In this document: positions 58,062 through 64,000 of the stretch, piece by piece | How the letters are laid out: every line of letters starts with the position of its first letter | How positions within the stretch are numbered: position 1 is the first letter of the stretch | Source: Anthoceros angustus | Taxonomy: Eukaryota > Plantae > Anthocerotophyta | Reading direction: 5' to 3' | DNA: 64,000 nt | NCBI GenBank assembly: GCA_010909165.1 | Contig: MU008221.1 | Coordinates: 62,001-126,000 of the forward strand | Made by a program: the position numbers and the translations under genes | Notes under the pieces: model-generated | What the model saw: the letters and a program-made list of their open reading frames with translations, nothing else | Databases searched by the model: none | What the model was told of the DNA's origin: nothing

Positions 58062-59265
58062 ATGAGACGTGCAAGGTCGACCATTGCGGCGGGCATTTTC
58101 ACTGTTGGCGTGGCCTTGCTGTTCTCCAACTCCTACTCCTTGCTGCAAGGCAGATCCGCTTCTTCAGGTCTTGTACCTCTTTGTACCTCGTTTCTGGCGT
58201 GTGTAAGCAAATTGTGCTCAATTTCCTGCTGAGACCCACACGAGTCCCTAGTTCGGTTCTTTCGTCTGTTGCAGTAGGAGCTGGTTTTGAGCGGTTCTGG
58301 GTTCTCTTCAAGAATTGCAGTAGCTCTTCATTACTTGTTGTCAACGCTTGCTTTTCAGGAATGGCTACGCCTGAAGGACCGAATGACCTTGGAAAGGCAA
58401 TTCGTGATATCAGCATTGACAAGGTTAGGGGCCCTGGTGAGGAGAAGGCCGTGAAAGTGGGCTCCTTCTGGAAAGATCAGGCGAGTGTGACTGACAATCT
58501 GCGCTCCTGCTTTGAATTCTGAGGCAACTTGGAAAAACCTAGAATTGATGTCCGCAGACAGCTGTGATTCATGTACTTCGGCGATTTGGTTGCCGCCTGT
58601 GTCGGAACAATGCTGAGGAGCTGTCAAGGGTGCTGCCTACTCTTGAAGCCAACAACGTTCGAGTTGTGGCTGTTGGTATGTGGCGATCCTACGCGTCGGT
58701 GCAAGTACTTGTGGGTCGTTTTGAACAGGAGGAGGGTGGGTTTATTGTTGCTCGATTTCCTCGGGTTTGCAGGCATTGAAGAGCTCGGTCTGCAAGAGTT
58801 TCTGGACGGTGGGTTTTGGAAGGGAGAGCTTTACATCGATCACGGCAAGAAGATAGCAAAGGCTTTGGAACTCAAGTCTGTTGGTTATCTCAGTGCAGTC
58901 AACATGCTCATTATGAACAAGGACGTGAAAAAAGCCTTGGACAAGAGCAAGGACGTCCCAGGCAATTACAAGGGAGATGGACTGTGAGTAATTCATCTTG
59001 AACCGTTGTCGTTTCTGCTGCTGCTTTAGACTGTTCTCTCTGTATAGATGCTTACAGTCTGGTCGATTTTGTCAGGCAACTTGGAGCCACGTTCGTGCTG
59101 TCTAAGGAAGGAGAAACTTTGTTGGATTTTCGACAGAAGAACTTCGCAGATCATCCATCCAGTGTATCCATTCTGGAGGCTTGCGGCTTGGACCCAAGTC
59201 TCATTAAGGATGTCCCAGGTGGTGGCAAGGGGCAAGAGGCTTGTGGCGATGCTTGTAGCACATGA
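58062..59265 (+). CDS. Peroxiredoxin-like 2 / prostamide-PGF synthase-like thioredoxin-fold protein (AhpC-TSA_2), 5 exons
   Basis: Hydrophobic exon 1; LRRFGCRLCR (CxxC); GIEELGLQEF..FWKGELYID; GNYKGDGL|QLGATFV; FADHP. Confidence 0.9.
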
Positions 59266-59537
59266 TAGTTGGACGTGTACGTCTAGTCGACAAATAAGAC
59301 TCAACAAGCACTCTACAACAGAATGGTCTTCAGCTCTCGACCGATTGGTTCCAATGTTTTGAAGCTGAGAGAAAGCTGGTAGACACTACATAGAATCTGA
59401 GCTTCCAGGGTCTCACGCAACGCCTACCGAGCCTCAACAAGAGCTTGTGGCAGATGAGCATACCTCAATGTCCTGCATCCTAAAAGGCTTCAATTGACCA
59501 GGAACAATGCAGTCTGGCCCAGTTGGAGTGCCACGGC

Positions 59538-59654
59538 CAGCCATCGCCGTGAGCCAGCGAGCTGAAGAGCAGCTCAATGAGAAGGACTGGGAGGACTGGA
59601 CAGCTATCGCCGTGAGCCAGCGAGCTGAGGAGCAGGTCAATGAGAAGGATTGGG
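59538..59654. repeat. Imperfect 63-bp tandem duplication
   Basis: CAGCYATCGCCGTGAGCCAGCGAGCTGA...AATGAGAAGGAYTGGG twice. Confidence 0.9.
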
Positions 59655-61934
59655 CACCTGATCAAAGTCGAGATGAGACTGCTGGCATACGAGCAATGGC
59701 CGCAGCAGAGCACTCGTAGGGCATGCCTAGGACAACCGATAGAGCTAGATGAAGGAACTAGGTTTAGAACTAGAGGTTAGACTGAACAGGATTGAATTAA
59801 CTCCTAGTCAGTTAGTAACCAGTCCAGTAGTTAAGCTAACTCAAGTAAAGAAACGGTCAGAACCCGGGATGCGAGGGCTACAAGAACGAGGTGAGTTCAA
59901 GAGCGGGAGTAAGGGCGGATTCGCACGTGGGCACCTCCGCTTTCGGAATGACATTTTGGCGGAAAAGGGCCCGCCATGAGACCATCTTTAACTTACAGAA
60001 GGCCTGCCCTATGTTTATGGTAGGGGGGCTTTTTGTAGGTGGTTGTAATTGGTTCCGGCTCCGAAAAGAAGCTACGATGGGCTGCATCCGGTGCAGCCCG
60101 GGTATAGCCGGTGTTCATTTTGGGTCTTCAACACTGAGATCTGCAAATTCACATCTCGCGAGGAGCTCCTGTCTCGCGAGTCTCGCGATTTTGAGAGGAG
60201 CTCATGACTTGCACCAATTTTTCTTGATAACCTAGGAGTGGAAGATGGAGCGGCTTGCTTCTTCCTCCACAACATTACCGAACTGATCATCAAAGGCATT
60301 GTCTGTGGTGCCTTCTCCTATGCCGTGTGGAGCACCGGCCGAGAATGCCAGGCTTATGTCTTCAGTCCCATGTGTGAAGACACCAGAGACTTGCTGCGAA
60401 AAGTTCCGGGTTCGGTTTGCCACTTTACATGCGGACGCCCCGCCACGTTTAAAAACTTACGGAACAGAGCCGGAAGCGGGTTCATGCGAATCCGCCCTAA
60501 GGCGGCATCCTTACCCCTAGGATAAAGGAAGATGGGGAGTGTGCTGGGAAGGTGTGAGGAACCACATCGGACCTTGATCACCCCGAAGTTCAGCTTAGTA
60601 GGTTTGTTTTTGTGCACACATCTCGTACTACCCCTACTTCCGCTCACATGCTTTACCGTACTCTAGCGCTTGTCCACGGGTTGTGAAACCTCAGCCGCCC
60701 CCTCAAATACCCCGTAGCGGCTCCTCGTCGGTTTCCCATTTCCCCGACCACTTGCATGCGGTTTAGTCCATTAGCGCTTGCATGTCTGTCCTTTGCCTGG
60801 TGCATCCGGACCTCGCCTGGAGTCAACCCCTGCATTCGCTCCGGGCTTCCTCCGGAGGTGCCAACGTCCGCCAGCCTCCTGTCCGTTGCTGGACCATGGT
60901 CTAGAGATTACGCCTAATACGTAATCCGGCCAAAAAGAGGCCTTATTTCTAACCCCACTCCCATTCGTTACACAAATGCTCCACGCAATTCATCTTGCCC
61001 CCTCAGCCTCCTGCGCCCAAGCTTTCTCGTGATGAATTTTTTTATTAATTAGGGTATTATTCATTAGGACACCTAGAAATCCCAAGAATTTAACGTTATT
61101 TAATTCTTAGGGCTAGAAGTAGTTACTTTATTTAGGACCTAGGGTACATTCTTCGAACAGGTTGCTCAATCAGGGCTAACTTGTACTTTTCCTGTGGTAA
61201 CCAGGTTTCGGAGGCAGACGTGGTGGTTATTCACCCTACTCGTGACACCATCTCCGCCCAGGTTATCACTAACCATCCTGGCTGGGCTGTCGCGGGTGCT
61301 GCAGCTTTCAAGGTCAGAAAGTATAACAAAATGCAAGCGGGCCACTTCTTCATTACGCTCGCACTCGAAACGTATCCTACCACGCCCCCAAGCATGGCGC
61401 GGGGTTGTCTCTTTCTTATGTCACAGTTTACTTCAGACAGCGAGTCTCAATTGTCTTTCAAAGGGTCCTTCGACAGCAATTCTTCACAAGATGGCGACGG
61501 TAGGTGACGGTTCTTCCTCGTCCTCCGTAGTTTGCAGGCCATTTGTTCTTCCTGCATATGATGTTTTAGGAACGGTAGGTAACATTAGGTAAGAAGCTTA
61601 GGCGCTCCTTTTTACCTTGACCCCCGGGGTCCACATTCGTTGTCCCCTGCTAGATGAGTTTTTTCCCATCGTTTTTTCCCTCAATAACATACATAACCTT
61701 TATTTGGTTATTGGTTATATTGGTTACAACCACCTCTATTTCATAAACAATGTTGATGTCCTGCCAGATGCAGAGGAAGAGCTGACTTTTGAACCGCATC
61801 AGAGGAAGCTCCCTCAGTTCTAGGCAAAGGAGGTTTGTATTAGAGAAAAGGACTGCTTAAAAGCCCAGATTATTGCATTGAGTGCAAGGAGGTTGAAGAT
61901 GACAATTGGCGAAGTTATGGATGATGATCACTCT

Positions 61935-62085
61935 TCTGCTGCTGTGTTGCAGACCCTCTGTTGTCATTGCTCCTGCCTTCTACTATTGCTGCTGCTGGTC
62001 CTGCCCTCTTCTGCTGCTGCTGCTGGTCCTGCCCTCTGCTGCTGCTATTGCTCCTACCCTCTATTGTTACTATTGTTGTTGCTGC
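61935..62085. repeat. (CTG)n-rich low-complexity repeat
   Basis: GCTGCTGCTGGTCCTGCCCTCT units. Confidence 0.85.
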
Positions 62086-62889
62086 CCTTTGCAAGATGCT
62101 GTGTGCGACTTTCGCAAGCGGACCAGCCGAGCGCACACTATGTCCCGTATCGCGTATGAAGTGGTTCGATCCCAAGGGAATGTTTCATGCCTACACCTCC
62201 AACCCCCTACTTCTAACTTCTTTGGGTTGAACTCCGACAAGTCAAACCCCGTCACTAGCAAATCTGCACCGGACTCCAAGTCCGGCCCAGGCCTGCTTGG
62301 TCGTCTCACGTTTTAGGAAACCCTCGAGATGACGAACGGCGTCTCATGCCCATCGGCGCTCAAGGGCTGCCGCCTGGAAGTGCCTAGGCGAGAGGCGCAC
62401 ACGGTTCACGTGGGTCACTAGGCGTTGTGTTATTCGATGGATTAACAACCAACGCTATAATTTTTCAAGAGGGGAAATATACATACCCGCTTCGATTGGA
62501 ACAAAATCCCTTTGACGGATTAGACAACCTCTTCGAAGTGCTGGAACTGCCTAGTTATGAAAATCAGCATACTCTTCGTTAGTCCAAATGTTCAGTAAAG
62601 GGTAGAATTTATAGCAGTAACCCCCCCTACGGACCAAAACATGGCACTGGCTGGCCGGCGTCCTCATGAATCCAAACCAGCCCAACTGTTTTACTCACAT
62701 TTGTGAACATAAAAAACGGTTTGACTTAAAAGGTTCGGAGACAACAAAGACATACAAGAAGTTGCCATACAGGCGTTACAAGCTATGATTAAAATCTACT
62801 ACCTCAAATGCATGAAGGAGGAATTGCTACACGGAGTCTACGATGGTCCCTCATTAGGGCTTATTTGCGAGTCGACCATCTCCTACGCG

Positions 62890-64000
62890 GAGACTGAGTC
62901 CAAAACAACTGCCACATTACGTATACGTTCCATCTCCTGGGCGTCAAAGCTGTCATTCTCCCCTAATGTATGCTTGTCTTCATTGATATTATTCTTTGGG
63001 TCGGCCCAGAAGAGCAGTAGAAGGCAAAGTTCGTGCGGGCACAAGTAAGCGGTGGGCGGGAGGAGGAAGTAGAGGTGTGAGGTCAAGGTAAGTGGTTGCT
63101 GACCTCTGAACATTGTCAAGTAAAGAAAAGTAAGTTAAAGGTAAGATAAAGGTGAAATATAGTTAAATATAGATATAGAAGGTAAAACATTATTTTATTG
63201 AAACTTTGACTCTCTCACATCTCTCAAAAGTAACCAAGTGTACCACAGCCATATGGTACTAAAGTATACCACCCAACCATGCTTGGACCCTCCAACAGCG
63301 ACGTTTCATGTCTCCCTTCTCTCTAGCAGCAGAAGCAAGCTTAGAGCTCGGATCCCCTGAATGGAGGTGAGGGATCCTTGCACAATCTCGCTCCAAGCTA
63401 CTTTAGATAGGAATCCTGCAATTTGAGCAATATCCCTGCTAACTTGAGAAGTTCCTATGAGAATGGTTGATTTGGAGCAAGCATCATGCTCACGAATTCT
63501 CTTTCTTAACATTTCCTGGTAGACAAGGTGCGTTGAATTCTCTTTTCTACATTAGTCGATTTGTCTTGATGCTTGCTCAAAGCGGTTGAGACAAATTGTG
63601 GCCGATGTAGAGATGGTGCCTCGTCTGGGACAGGCACTGAAAATCGACTTCACGGCTTGATTAACGGTGGAGGCTAGAATCGAGATCGAGTCCAAAACAA
63701 TCGCCACATTACATCGTTCCATCTCAAGGCGTCAAACATCATTCTCCCTAATGTATGCTTGTCTTCATTGATATTATTCTTTGGGTCGGCCCAGAAGAGC
63801 AGTAGAAGGCAAAGTTCGTGCGGGCACAAGTAAGCAGGTGGAGGCGGGAGGAGGAAGTAGAGGGTGTGAGGCCGAAGGTAAGTGGTTGCTGACCTCTGAA
63901 CATTGTCAAGTAAAGAAAAGTAAGTTAAAGGTAAGATAAAGGTGAAATATAGTTAAATATAGATATAGAAGGTAAAACATTATTTTATTGAAACTTTGAC
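62890..64000. repeat. Direct repeat of at least 320 bp (62890-63210 and ~63682-64000; second copy runs off the window)
   Basis: GAGTCCAAAACAA...TTTTATTGAAACTTTGAC present twice, offset ~790 bp. Confidence 0.92.

Overview
Gene-dense nuclear DNA of a non-seed land plant, most likely a hornwort. This is inferred from short (~70-100 bp) GT-AG introns, the plant-specific RABF1/ARA6 and a PLS-PPR with 'LL'-type motifs. About 16 intact-looking genes: DJ-1/PfpI, RPL23, MMS21, PLS-PPR, RCE1, RING-H2, ABC1/COQ8, TKPR/CCR-like reductase, AIG1/FAR-17a, RABF1, GDSL lipase, TL15-like TPM protein, SYP61, PTEN, ATG16 and a PRXL2-like redoxin. They are mixed with DNA-level pseudogene copies (RPL23, TMCO4, ValRS, RCE1 last exon, PRXL2 5' end, two PPR fragments), a non-autonomous Copia element, a CRE-like LINE, MITE candidates and many two-copy tandem duplications. 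Most notable: (1) an intronless, GC-rich, microbial-type single-domain methionine synthase with a Shine-Dalgarno-like motif and one in-frame TGA; (2) a bacterial-type isonitrile-hydratase-like DJ-1 gene carrying introns; (3) a strongly AT-rich PTEN, largely missed by the ORF track, with the HCKAGKGRTG loop and intron positions matching human PTEN. All family calls come from manual translation and motif recognition; no database search was run.
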